Source: a bacterium (GTDB taxonomy: Bacteria; Arandabacterota; Arandabacteria; Arandabacterales; JALGWA01). From it: DNA of 24,861 bases. Positions 17,402-24,861 of the stretch are shown piece by piece. The DNA is taken from contig JASFEA010000030.1 in NCBI GenBank assembly GCA_050125095.1, positions 1 through 24,861 on the forward strand. The letters run 5' to 3'. Position 1 is the stretch's first letter; each line of letters starts with the position of its first letter. A model generated the notes under the pieces. It was given only the letters and a program-made list of their open reading frames with translations, made no database searches and had not been told where the DNA came from. The translations under genes were made by a program, and so were the position numbers.

Positions 17402-18748
17402 ATGACCACAGACCCGGCGGGCTTCGCCCCGGACATCAAGGAGCTTCTCGACGCCGGAAGCGCGGACGAAATACGCGGGTTCCTCGAGGAGTTCCAGCCG
17501 CATGACATCGCGCGGCACATCGAGTTTCTAGAACCGGAGGACATCGCCAGCGTCATGAGTATCCTCGGCGACCCTCTGGGCCCAGACGCCTTCCAGAAGC
17601 TCGATATCGAGACGCAGATCCCCGTCCTCCGCGTAATGCCGCGTAAGCAGTGCGTGCACCTGATCGAGGAGATGGACCCCGACGACACCACCGATCTCAT
17701 AAAGGCCATGCCTGAAGAACAAGCCGAGCGCGTGCTGCCGCTCATTGCGCAGGCCCGGCGTAACGAGATAGCGCGGCTCATAAAGTACGAAGAGGGCACG
17801 GCGGGATCCATCATGACCACCGAATACGCGGCCGTGCAGGCGAGCATGACGGTGCGCGAGGCCATAGCCTATCTCAGCGAGATCGCTCCCGACCGCGACA
17901 CCATATACAATGTCTTCGTTCTCGACGCCGACCGGAGGCTCGTCGGGGCCATATCGCTCAAGGACCTCTTCGTCGCGCCGCCGCATGCCGGGGTGAGCGG
18001 CGTCATGAAGACGGATATACAGGGGTTGGACGTCAACATGGACGTCGAGCATGTCGCCCATTACGTGCGGGACTACGACCTTGTATCGGCAGCGGTCGTG
18101 GACGAGCGGGGCCGCCTGATCGGCATAGTCACCATTGACGACGTCGTGGACGTCGTGGAGCAGGAAACCACGGAGGATATTTATCACTATGGCGCGGCCG
18201 GGGAGTACATGCGCTATTTCCCCTCCAACCCGCTCAAGCTCGCCGGCCAGAGGGTGATCTGGCTCATCGTTCTGGTGGCGGTGGGCTTTTTGTCCGGCAT
18301 GGTCCTGCACCGCTATGAGGGGCTTATAACCAGCATGTTCGCGCTTGCCGTGTTCATCCCGGTGATCAACGCCTCCGGCGGCAACGCGGGAACCCAGGCT
18401 TCTACCGTAATAATCAGGGGACTCGCGACCGGGGAGATAAACGTGACCGACTGGCTCAAGGTGTTCGGCAAGGAACTGGTCGTCGGCGTTACAATCGGCG
18501 TTGTAGTGGCCCTGGTCGCGGGCCTGAGGGGATATCTCATCGACAGCTTCAACCTCGCCTTGACCGTGGGATGCGCGATGATAGGCGTGGTGACCATCGC
18601 CACCATGCTGGGCGCGCTGCTTCCCCTGGTCTTTAAAAAGATCAATCTGGACCCGGCGGTTGTGTCCGGCCCGCTGATCGCCAGCATTCTCGATGTGGTG
18701 GCGCTGTTTATCTATTTCGAGATTGCCAAGTACATACTCAAGGTCTAG
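17402..18748 (+). CDS. mgtE: Magnesium transporter MgtE
   Basis: MgtE N-domain (MDPDD..D), TAGSIMTTEY, CBS pair, GGNAGTQ and DPAVVSGPLI..I.D. Confidence 0.95.
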   Translation: MTTDPAGFAPDIKELLDAGSADEIRGFLEEFQPHDIARHIEFLEPEDIASVMSILGDPLGPDAFQKLDIETQIPVLRVMPRKQCVHLIEEMDPDDTTDLIKAMPEEQAERVLPLIAQARRNEIARLIKYEEGTAGSIMTTEYAAVQASMTVREAIAYLSEIAPDRDTIYNVFVLDADRRLVGAISLKDLFVAPPHAGVSGVMKTDIQGLDVNMDVEHVAHYVRDYDLVSAAVVDERGRLIGIVTIDDVVDVVEQETTEDIYHYGAAGEYMRYFPSNPLKLAGQRVIWLIVLVAVGFLSGMVLHRYEGLITSMFALAVFIPVINASGGNAGTQASTVIIRGLATGEINVTDWLKVFGKELVVGVTIGVVVALVAGLRGYLIDSFNLALTVGCAMIGVVTIATMLGALLPLVFKKINLDPAVVSGPLIASILDVVALFIYFEIAKYILKV

Positions 18749-18816
18749 CCAGCGCGGTCAGCACTGCTCGATAACCCTCCTGCACAATCTGCGACCAGGC
18801 TCCGGTCTTCCCGCCT

Positions 18817-19491
18817 CTATTCGTCCTGGGCCGGGGTCCGGAACAGGGGAGTCTCTATTTCCGCGGGTTGCCCGGTGCCCGAGGCGAAGAGGAGTATGTC
18901 GAGGAGTATTCTCCGGTCGAAGTGAAGCCAGGAGAGGTATGTTTCAGACCACAGCGCTGAGGCCGTCCCGATCGCGGCCCCGCCGATGATGTCGCTGATA
19001 TAGTGGCGCTCAAGATAGACGCGGGAGATGCTCACAAAAAAGGCCATTTCGAATGCCTTCGGGCCCAGCTCGGGATAGTGCATGGCGAGGGTGGTGGCGA
19101 AAGCGAAAGCCGACGAAGCGTGGCTGGAGGGGAATGACGAGTTGTTCCGGTCGAGTTCCCCGTCGGGGCGGCGCCTGCCGACGATGTACTTGAGCGAGCT
19201 TACGAATGCCTCGGAGACGGCCATGGCCTTGGCGCTCGATTCGAGCCAGGCATATGCCCTGTCGTCGCCGTGCGCGACTATGGGTATGGACGTCTCGAGG
19301 TAATTCTCGTTCGACCAGAGCTCGGTAAGCTTGAGCATGGCGTGATCGTACGCCGTGGACCTGGTTTCGGCAACGCGGGCGAGGCCGTAGCGGTCGGGGA
19401 AGTTGGTGTAGAGCATGCCGGCCGCGGCGAGCGCGATGCCCGCGGCGAGCGCGGCGCCGAGAATTATGACAAGAGGCTTCAGGTTTCGCAT
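18817..19491 (-). CDS. PAP2 family phosphatase
   Basis: C1 K-x6-RP (KYIVGRRRP), C2 SFPSSH and C3 SRVYLERHYISD; N-terminal signal/TM segment. Confidence 0.85.
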   Translation of the reverse strand: MRNLKPLVIILGAALAAGIALAAAGMLYTNFPDRYGLARVAETRSTAYDHAMLKLTELWSNENYLETSIPIVAHGDDRAYAWLESSAKAMAVSEAFVSSLKYIVGRRRPDGELDRNNSSFPSSHASSAFAFATTLAMHYPELGPKAFEMAFFVSISRVYLERHYISDIIGGAAIGTASALWSETYLSWLHFDRRILLDILLFASGTGQPAEIETPLFRTPAQDE

Positions 19492-19549
19492 ACAGGCTCG
19501 AGACTAAGACCTCGGGGTGGGCGACACAAGCGGAAACCGGCCGGCGCGA

Positions 19550-20218
19550 TTATCGTATTCTGCGGGAGAAATAGATTTTCACCGAGCCCAGGCCCTCTCC
19601 CGCTTCCACCCTGATGGGTATCTGGCTCAGAACCTCGCCGCGGTCGACATGCCACCTCCGGAGGTAGCGGTTGGCGAGATACCCGCCGAGTACTCCTATG
19701 CCCGCTCCCACGATTACGTCGCCGGGGTGGTGCGCGTCCAGGTAGACTCTCGAATAGGAGATGAGGGCGGCCATGCCGTAAGCCGGGATCGTCCATCTGG
19801 GATAGTATGTCGAAACGCTGAATGCGACAGCGAAACTCGAGGAAGCATGGCTGGACGGGAATGATGAATTCGCCCGCGAGTGCGGCTCTCCGTCCGGGCG
19901 CTCGCGATTTACGGTCCATTTGAGCGCAGCCGTTGTCGACTCTGAGATGAGCATGGATTTCCACGCCAGCTCCAGGCATCTGAAGGCCCTGTCATCGCCG
20001 AGGGCCATTACGGGCAGCGACGCCAGTATGAGATTCTCCGGGTTCCATGCTTCGCTGACGTCCGTCATGAAGCAGTCCATCGAGCGGTATCGGCATTCAT
20101 CCGCCGACTCGAGGACTCTCATGTCGATCGGTTCGAGGCAGTATGAGCCGGTTGGCCGCGCGGCCGCCGCGGCGATAAGGGTGAATAACACGGCCAGTAT
20201 GTGCTTCGTCCGGGCCAT
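19550..20218 (-). CDS. PAP2 family phosphatase (paralog of the neighbouring gene)
   Basis: KWTVNRERP, SFPSSH and SRVYLDAHHPGD; N-terminal signal peptide. Confidence 0.88.
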   Translation of the reverse strand: MARTKHILAVLFTLIAAAAARPTGSYCLEPIDMRVLESADECRYRSMDCFMTDVSEAWNPENLILASLPVMALGDDRAFRCLELAWKSMLISESTTAALKWTVNRERPDGEPHSRANSSFPSSHASSSFAVAFSVSTYYPRWTIPAYGMAALISYSRVYLDAHHPGDVIVGAGIGVLGGYLANRYLRRWHVDRGEVLSQIPIRVEAGEGLGSVKIYFSRRIR

Positions 20219-20225
20219 CGTGGGT

Positions 20226-20234
20226 AGTATAGCA
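20226..20234 (-). promoter_or_regulatory. Extended -10 promoter, probably giving a leaderless PAP2 mRNA
   Basis: Minus strand reads TGC-TATACT, then 7 nt, then ATG (20218). No Shine-Dalgarno sequence. Confidence 0.55.
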
Positions 20235-20291
20235 GATTCGGCGCCGGGGGGCCATGCCGGGGGCGCGGCTCCGGGGCCCCGGTGAAGGTAA

Positions 20292-20344
20292 TGTGCATTC
20301 TGAGACGTGACCCCGGCATTTTGTGCATTTCAAGACCTGACCCC
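20292..20344. repeat. Imperfect direct repeat, 2 x 23 bp, period 30 bp
   Basis: TGTGCATTCTGAGACGTGACCCC (20292-20314) and TGTGCATTTCAAGACCTGACCCC (20322-20344), 19/23 identical. Confidence 0.75.
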
Positions 20345-20351
20345 AACGGGA

Positions 20352-20380
20352 TTGACAAAACGCCCGGCCCGTTGTATTAT
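20352..20380 (+). promoter_or_regulatory. Sigma70 promoter for the dehydrogenase operon
   Basis: TTGACA-17 nt-TATTAT, close to consensus. Confidence 0.75.
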
Positions 20381-20455
20381 CGGCGCTTGAACTGTCGTTG
20401 ACCTTCCAGGTTTTCGGTAAAACACCAGTTGGACTCAGTTCAAGAGGGGGAGGAA

Positions 20456-21655
20456 ATGGACCAGGCAGCAATCGACAAGGGCAAGAAGCATTTTGGGGAC
20501 CTGATCAAGAGCCAGATGGAACGCGTGGAGATAATGAAGAAGGGCGAGGACTTCACAGACTACTCCAAGCTCAAGCCCATCATTATCGGCGTGCTTGGCG
20601 GGGACGGCATCGGGCCCTTCATAGCCGCGGAGGCGCAGCGGGTTTTGGAGGCCCTGCTGGCTGACGAGATCAAGGACGGCAGGGTCGAGTTCCGTGTGCT
20701 CGAGGGGCTCACCATTGAGAAGAGGGCCGAGGTCGGCAAAGCCGTCCCCGATGATGTGCTCGAAGAGATAAAGAAATGCCACGTCACTCTCAAGGGACCC
20801 ACCACGACACCCAGGAAGGGTGATCCCTGGCCCAATATCGAGAGCGCAAACGTCGCCCTGAGAAGATATCTCGACCTTTTCGCCAACGTGCGGCCCGTGA
20901 GGGTTCCGTCACAGGGAATCGACTGGATGTTCTTCCGTGAGAACACCGAGGGCGCCTATGTGCTCGGAAGTTGCGGCATAGATGTCACCGACGACATCGC
21001 CTTCGATTTCAAGGTTATCACCACGCAGGGTGCCGAGAGGATCATCCGGCTCGCCTTCGAGCATGCCAAGAAGGCCGGCAGGAAGCGGGTCACCATCGTC
21101 ACCAAGGCCAATGTCGTCAAGACCACCGACGGCAAGTTCCTAAGGATCGGCTACGAGATCGCCAAGGAGTATCCGGGCATCGAGTGCGATGACTGGTACA
21201 TCGATATCATGACGGCGAAGCTCGTCGACGAGAAGAGAAGGCGTGATTTCCAGGTCCTGGTGCTCCCAAATCTCTACGGCGACATCCTCACCGACGAGGC
21301 GGCCGAGTTCCAGGGCGGAGTGGGAACGGCCGGCAGCGCAAACATCGGCAAGAAGTACGCCATGTTCGAGGCCATACACGGGTCGGCTCCCAGGATGGTG
21401 AAGGAGGGCCGCGCCCAGCACGCCGATCCCTCCAGCATGATCCGCGCCGGGGCGATGATGCTGAACCACATAGGCTTCCCCGAGACGGGCAAGAAGCTCG
21501 AGATGGCTCTCGACATCTGCGGCCAGTACGAGAAGAAGGTAGTCATGACCGGCCGCCCGGGCGGAGGCACGGCGGAGGAGCTGGGCAACTACCTCCTCGA
21601 TACGATCAACGATCCCAAGATCGAGGAGAAGTGGAAAGGATACGTCGGACTGTAA
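20456..21655 (+). CDS. Isocitrate/isopropylmalate dehydrogenase family; most like isocitrate or homoisocitrate dehydrogenase
   Basis: GDGIGP, KGP.TTP, S-A-N-VALRR.LDL..NVRP, RENTEG.Y, KAN, PNLYGDILTD and FEAIHGSAP. ATG 20456 follows GGAGG. Confidence 0.88.
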   Translation: MDQAAIDKGKKHFGDLIKSQMERVEIMKKGEDFTDYSKLKPIIIGVLGGDGIGPFIAAEAQRVLEALLADEIKDGRVEFRVLEGLTIEKRAEVGKAVPDDVLEEIKKCHVTLKGPTTTPRKGDPWPNIESANVALRRYLDLFANVRPVRVPSQGIDWMFFRENTEGAYVLGSCGIDVTDDIAFDFKVITTQGAERIIRLAFEHAKKAGRKRVTIVTKANVVKTTDGKFLRIGYEIAKEYPGIECDDWYIDIMTAKLVDEKRRRDFQVLVLPNLYGDILTDEAAEFQGGVGTAGSANIGKKYAMFEAIHGSAPRMVKEGRAQHADPSSMIRAGAMMLNHIGFPETGKKLEMALDICGQYEKKVVMTGRPGGGTAEELGNYLLDTINDPKIEEKWKGYVGL

Positions 21656-23463
21656 TGATCCGTCTTGCAATCATAGCCGGGGCAATCACTCTGTTAGTTG
21701 CCCCGGCTCTTCTTCATTGCGCCGTTCCATCCGACCTGCAGTGCTACCTCGTACAGATGCATATCCACGCGCACACAAACCACAACGGCACCGACCTGCC
21801 TGCATCCATGGAATGGCACTGCGCCTATGCCCGGGAGTACGGATTCGATGTCGTGTGGTGGTCGGATCATGCGGAGGTGTTCGATACCTACCAGGACATG
21901 AGGATCTCATTCGGGCGGGCAATGATCAGCGATGACCGGAGGAGCATAAACCTGGGGATCACCGGAGGCCGCCGGCCGCTGTCTATGCTCGCCATAGACG
22001 CCACGAGGGACGGTTTTGATCTGGGAATCGAAGGGGCGCGGTTGAATGTCGGGCTCACTTCGCGGGGCAGCGGCGAGTTCGATACGGTGAGGCTCACGCC
22101 GGCCTCCAGAAGGGGGCCTGTCAAGACGGTGAGATTCTGCCGCCCGGTCACAAGCGGGCTGAGGTTCGTGGCAGTCATGGACTTCTCCGGGCCGCCGGAT
22201 GATTCGTTTTTGCGCTTCGGTTTCGACCTGGCCGCGCATCCTGAAGGACGCCATCATCTACTGTTCGATATAGTGCGCAGGCCCGGCGCCGGACCGAGGG
22301 TCATCGGAGATACGCTTGTTGTGGATGAAATGCTCGTGGAGGATTTCCCCGCAAGGCTCAGCTTCGATCTTGAGAGAACGGCGTCTCATCTGCCCGATGG
22401 CTATGATAACACCCTTGGCTCGGTCTATATTGAGTTTGGAGCCAGAAACGGAGCCACGGTCGAGGTGGCAATCGACAGCCTGATAGTGATAAGCGACCGG
22501 CCCGACGGAAGTAACCAGTACCGCGTCATAACTCAGCTGGCCGACCGGTATGAATCCCGATACGGCATTGCGCAGTACGTCGGCGTTGAGGCCAGCGGCA
22601 TGCACACACCGGAGTGCCCCCACATGAACGCCTTTTTCCCCGAGAGTACCGAGACTCTTGAAAACCTCGTCGTCGATCCTCGTTTGACGAGGGCGGAGTG
22701 GGCGAGGGGCGTCGAGAGGCGGGGTGGACTCGTGTCGCTTAACCACCCGTTCGGCGCAGCTCTGAACCCGGTGGGAAGGGGCCTCTACGAGGTAGATGCA
22801 AAAACTCCGCTTCGGGAGCTGTCCGCCAGAGCCGGGCCGATTCCCGAAGAAGACCTTTGGGCTGTGGCAGCTCCCATAATTGAGAGTGATGGAATGGGCT
22901 GCCGAATTATGGAAGTGGGATACCTCTTCCGTGGAAGCGGGACGCTTGCCGATCACCTGAAGCTCTGGGACCTGGTCCTGGCAAATGGCGTGAGGCTCGT
23001 GGGAAATGGTGTGTCCGACGCGCATGGCGGGATCTGGGGACCCGACATGAGACCTAATCCATTTGCGACCTGGATATGGGCCGAAGACAAAGACCGGGAC
23101 TCGTTGCTGGAGGCGCTTCGGGCCGGCAGGGTGTTCTTCGGCAATCCGTTTCTTTACCAGGGCGAGTTCATGTTCGGCGTGAATGATGTCCTCATGGGTG
23201 ATACGCTTTATGTCAGAGGGGGAGAGGAGGCGCGCGGGTGGGTGCGCCTGGAGACGCGGGTAGATGATCTGGAGATGCGGCTTGTGCACGTGAAGCTCGG
23301 CGCCGGAAGGGAGGCTCGCTATATCAGTCGGGATACGCTCGTGGACCCCGAGGGCGGCTTTTCGCTTGTTGTGAACGAGGCCGGTTTTGCGAGGATAGAG
23401 GTCTATGGACACGGCGGAGAGCCTGTCATCTTCAGCAATCCCGTGTGGCTGATCCCCCGGTAG
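21655..23463 (+). CDS. Secreted PHP-like (CehA/McbA-type) metallohydrolase
   Basis: Signal peptide, then MHIHAH, WSDH, GVE, PHMN, NHP, GVSDAH and C-terminal FSNPVW. Start overlaps the upstream stop (TAATG). Confidence 0.7.
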   Translation: MIRLAIIAGAITLLVAPALLHCAVPSDLQCYLVQMHIHAHTNHNGTDLPASMEWHCAYAREYGFDVVWWSDHAEVFDTYQDMRISFGRAMISDDRRSINLGITGGRRPLSMLAIDATRDGFDLGIEGARLNVGLTSRGSGEFDTVRLTPASRRGPVKTVRFCRPVTSGLRFVAVMDFSGPPDDSFLRFGFDLAAHPEGRHHLLFDIVRRPGAGPRVIGDTLVVDEMLVEDFPARLSFDLERTASHLPDGYDNTLGSVYIEFGARNGATVEVAIDSLIVISDRPDGSNQYRVITQLADRYESRYGIAQYVGVEASGMHTPECPHMNAFFPESTETLENLVVDPRLTRAEWARGVERRGGLVSLNHPFGAALNPVGRGLYEVDAKTPLRELSARAGPIPEEDLWAVAAPIIESDGMGCRIMEVGYLFRGSGTLADHLKLWDLVLANGVRLVGNGVSDAHGGIWGPDMRPNPFATWIWAEDKDRDSLLEALRAGRVFFGNPFLYQGEFMFGVNDVLMGDTLYVRGGEEARGWVRLETRVDDLEMRLVHVKLGAGREARYISRDTLVDPEGGFSLVVNEAGFARIEVYGHGGEPVIFSNPVWLIPR

Positions 23464-23510
23464 CCGCGTGAATATGAGTGGTAGTCGGACGGTTTGATTG
23501 GAGGTTCGCA

Positions 23511-23858
23511 ATGCTGATAATCGGCGTGATCATAGGCGCACTGGCTATGGTGGTGCTGGGGGAGCTGCCCATACTCGGCCCCCTCCTGGCAGGGTTCCTG
23601 GCCGGGGTGATCGCCGGAGGCGCGAGGCGCGGCGCCCTTGCCGGGTTCCTCAGCGGAACCATCGGAAGCATACTGGCCATGGCCGTGCTGACCGGGCTGG
23701 GCGCCTTCTTCGGCGGCCTATTCGCGGGCATACTGGGCGCCGGGGCGGGAGCGTTCATGGGCGCAATCGTAGGCATGGGCTTCTTCATCGTGAGCCTGTA
23801 CCTCGGGATACTCGGCCTCATAGGCGGCGCCATTGGCGGAGCTCTCAGGAAGCCTTAA
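23511..23858 (+). CDS. Small Gly-rich membrane protein (DUF5518-like)
   Basis: ATG follows GGAGG. LP.LGPLLAGFLAG...GG..RGALAGFLSG..G and GLIGGAIG; about 4 TM segments. Confidence 0.7.
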   Translation: MLIIGVIIGALAMVVLGELPILGPLLAGFLAGVIAGGARRGALAGFLSGTIGSILAMAVLTGLGAFFGGLFAGILGAGAGAFMGAIVGMGFFIVSLYLGILGLIGGAIGGALRKP

Positions 23859-23863
23859 GGGTA

Positions 23864-23892
23864 TTGACCTGTCGGGCCTTCTGTGCTAAAAT
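23864..23892 (+). promoter_or_regulatory. Sigma70 promoter for the Trp leader
   Basis: TTGACC-17 nt-TAAAAT with an extended TG (TGCTAAAAT). The predicted TSS at about 23898-23901 falls at the leader start codon. Confidence 0.75.
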
Positions 23893-23900
23893 TAGTGGTG

Positions 23901-23948
23901 ATGAAAGACCTGATACACATAATGAGCTGGTGGCGCACCTGGACGTAG
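23901..23948 (+). CDS. trpL: Tryptophan attenuator leader peptide MKDLIHIMSWWRTWT
   Basis: ATG AAA GAC CTG ATA CAC ATA ATG AGC TGG TGG CGC ACC TGG ACG TAG. It has three Trp codons, including the WWRT motif seen in E. coli TrpL. Confidence 0.85.
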   Translation: MKDLIHIMSWWRTWT

Positions 23949-24007
23949 GTGCGCCCGTCACTGCGTAACAGTTAATTGGCGGGACGCCAAGGCGTTTCCC
24001 GCCTTTT
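23932..24007 (+). promoter_or_regulatory. Ribosome-dependent transcription attenuator (1:2 pause, 2:3 antiterminator, 3:4 terminator)
   Basis: 1:2 is GGCGCACCT/AGGTGCGCC (23932-23955). 2:3 is GCGCCCGTCA (23951-23960) with TGGCGGGACGC (23977-23987). 3:4 is GGCGGGACGCC-AA-GGCGTTTCCCGCC plus TTTT (23978-24007). Confidence 0.8.
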
Positions 24008-24016
24008 CCATATTCA

Positions 24017-24050
24017 GGGGTCGCGGAAATGCCGCGACCCCCTTTCTGTT
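24017..24050 (+). terminator. Second terminator-like hairpin in the leader
   Basis: GGGGTCGCGG-AAATG-CCGCGACCCC (10-bp stem) followed by CTTTCTGTT. Confidence 0.65.
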
Positions 24051-24073
24051 GCGCCCGGGGAGGTGCATTTCAA

Positions 24074-24861
24074 TTGGAGAGGAACAAAACAGGCGAGAAG
24101 AGCCTGAAGCAGTTTGCGACAGCCATGCGGGCATCGGGCATGAATCCCGAGCGGCTCCATCTGCACGTCGGGCAGCTTCCGGAGGTGAAGGTGGTGCGCA
24201 TAGACTCGCTGGAATTCCACGAGAAGCCGGACAGCCAGCGATTTCACTATCTCAAGCGCCGCATAAGCCTGGACGGCTTTCTTCGCAATCCGCCGATAGC
24301 TGCGAGGGACGGGAAGAACGGCTCGCGCGTTCTTATAGACGGCGTCAACCGGATCGAGGCCCTGAGGCAGCTGGGCGTGCCTCACGTCCTCGTGCAGGAG
24401 GTTGACTTCGCCGACGGGGATCTCACGCTTTCAACCTGGCATCATATCGTCGAGGGTTACGAGCCCGCGGAGCTCATGTCCGAGATCTCAAGGTCGGCGG
24501 AGGTCATCGCATGCGCGCCCGCGTTCACCCCGGAGGGCGATTACGTGCCGCAGTTCTTCGAGCGCGGCGCCTGCACGGTGGTTCTGCCGGACCGCCGCTG
24601 CTATGTGGTGTGTTCAACCAGGACGCTCGACAGGCGCCTGGAGGTCATTAGCCATGTCGTCGACGTCCTCAGGTCGGGGACGACGAGGGACCGCGTCTCC
24701 TATACCAGTATGCCCGACCTGTCGCGCAACTACTCCAACCTGTCGGCGCTGGTGTGCTACAGGGGATACTCGAAGGCGGAGGTGCTCGAGTCCGCCGCGA
24801 GGGGCAGGCGCTTCCCGAGCGGGGTCACGCGTTTCAGCGTTCCCAAGAGGGCTTTGTCGCT
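24074..24861 (+). CDS. ParB/Srx-fold SbnI/SerK-like free L-serine kinase; 3'-partial
   Basis: Not in the ORF track because it has no stop inside the window. TTG start follows GGAGGTG. Translation includes VVRIDSLEFHEK, DGFLRNPPI, VLIDGVNRIEALRQLG..VLVQEV, LSTWHH and FPSGVTRFSVPKRAL. These are collinear with recalled SbnI motifs (HE, IRHP, IDGVHR, VQE, STWQH, PAGVTRF..R.L). Confidence 0.75.
   Translation, partial: MERNKTGEKSLKQFATAMRASGMNPERLHLHVGQLPEVKVVRIDSLEFHEKPDSQRFHYLKRRISLDGFLRNPPIAARDGKNGSRVLIDGVNRIEALRQLGVPHVLVQEVDFADGDLTLSTWHHIVEGYEPAELMSEISRSAEVIACAPAFTPEGDYVPQFFERGACTVVLPDRRCYVVCSTRTLDRRLEVISHVVDVLRSGTTRDRVSYTSMPDLSRNYSNLSALVCYRGYSKAEVLESAARGRRFPSGVTRFSVPKRALS

Noticed and set aside
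20292-20344. Mini CRISPR array
   Set aside because: Only two imperfect copies separated by 7 nt, and no cas genes in the window.
22258-23511. Long antisense ORFs (417 aa here; also 2241-3113, 9426-10376, 10485-11459 and 16703-17518)
   Set aside because: These are shadow frames of GC-rich genes on the opposite strand, with no recognisable motifs.
23890-24050. tRNA, T-box or riboswitch
   Set aside because: No cloverleaf or T-box consensus was found. The hairpins are explained by a leader-peptide attenuator.
24049-24405. ORF-track ORFs 24049-24405 (+) and 24014-24385 (-)
   Set aside because: They overlap the motif-bearing kinase frame that starts at 24074 and show no protein-like features.
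24074-24861. Chromosome-partition ParB, or a DNA-modification/defence ParB-like gene
   Set aside because: No HTH or parA context is visible. The STWHH and PSGVTRF motifs fit SbnI/SerK better.

Overview
GC-rich bacterial window, probably from a diderm given the TolC protein and lipoproteins. Mostly recognisable genes: a FetA/FetB (STAR1/STAR2-like) ABC pair; a minus-strand MATE, GT4, Wzx flippase and alkaline-phosphatase-superfamily cluster; a csoR-cusCBA-type copper/silver efflux operon with a CsoR-box; a histidine ammonia-lyase (Thr-Ser-Gly MIO) coupled to a PpiC foldase; mgtE; two tandem PAP2 phosphatases; an isocitrate-type dehydrogenase coupled to a secreted PHP-like hydrolase; and a small Gly-rich membrane protein. 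Two features are missing from the ORF track. (1) At the right end, a sigma70 promoter drives a 15-aa Trp-rich leader peptide (MKDLIHIMSWWRTWT) with a full attenuator. The gene it controls is not trpE but an SbnI/SerK-like free-serine kinase, which suggests Trp-regulated O-phosphoserine supply, possibly for an OPS-dependent TrpB2 tryptophan synthase. (2) An Ig-like plus CBM-like lipoprotein has an in-frame TGA inside its last domain, followed by a SECIS-like hairpin and 55 more codons, making it a candidate unannotated selenoprotein. All family assignments come from motif recognition by eye, not database searches.
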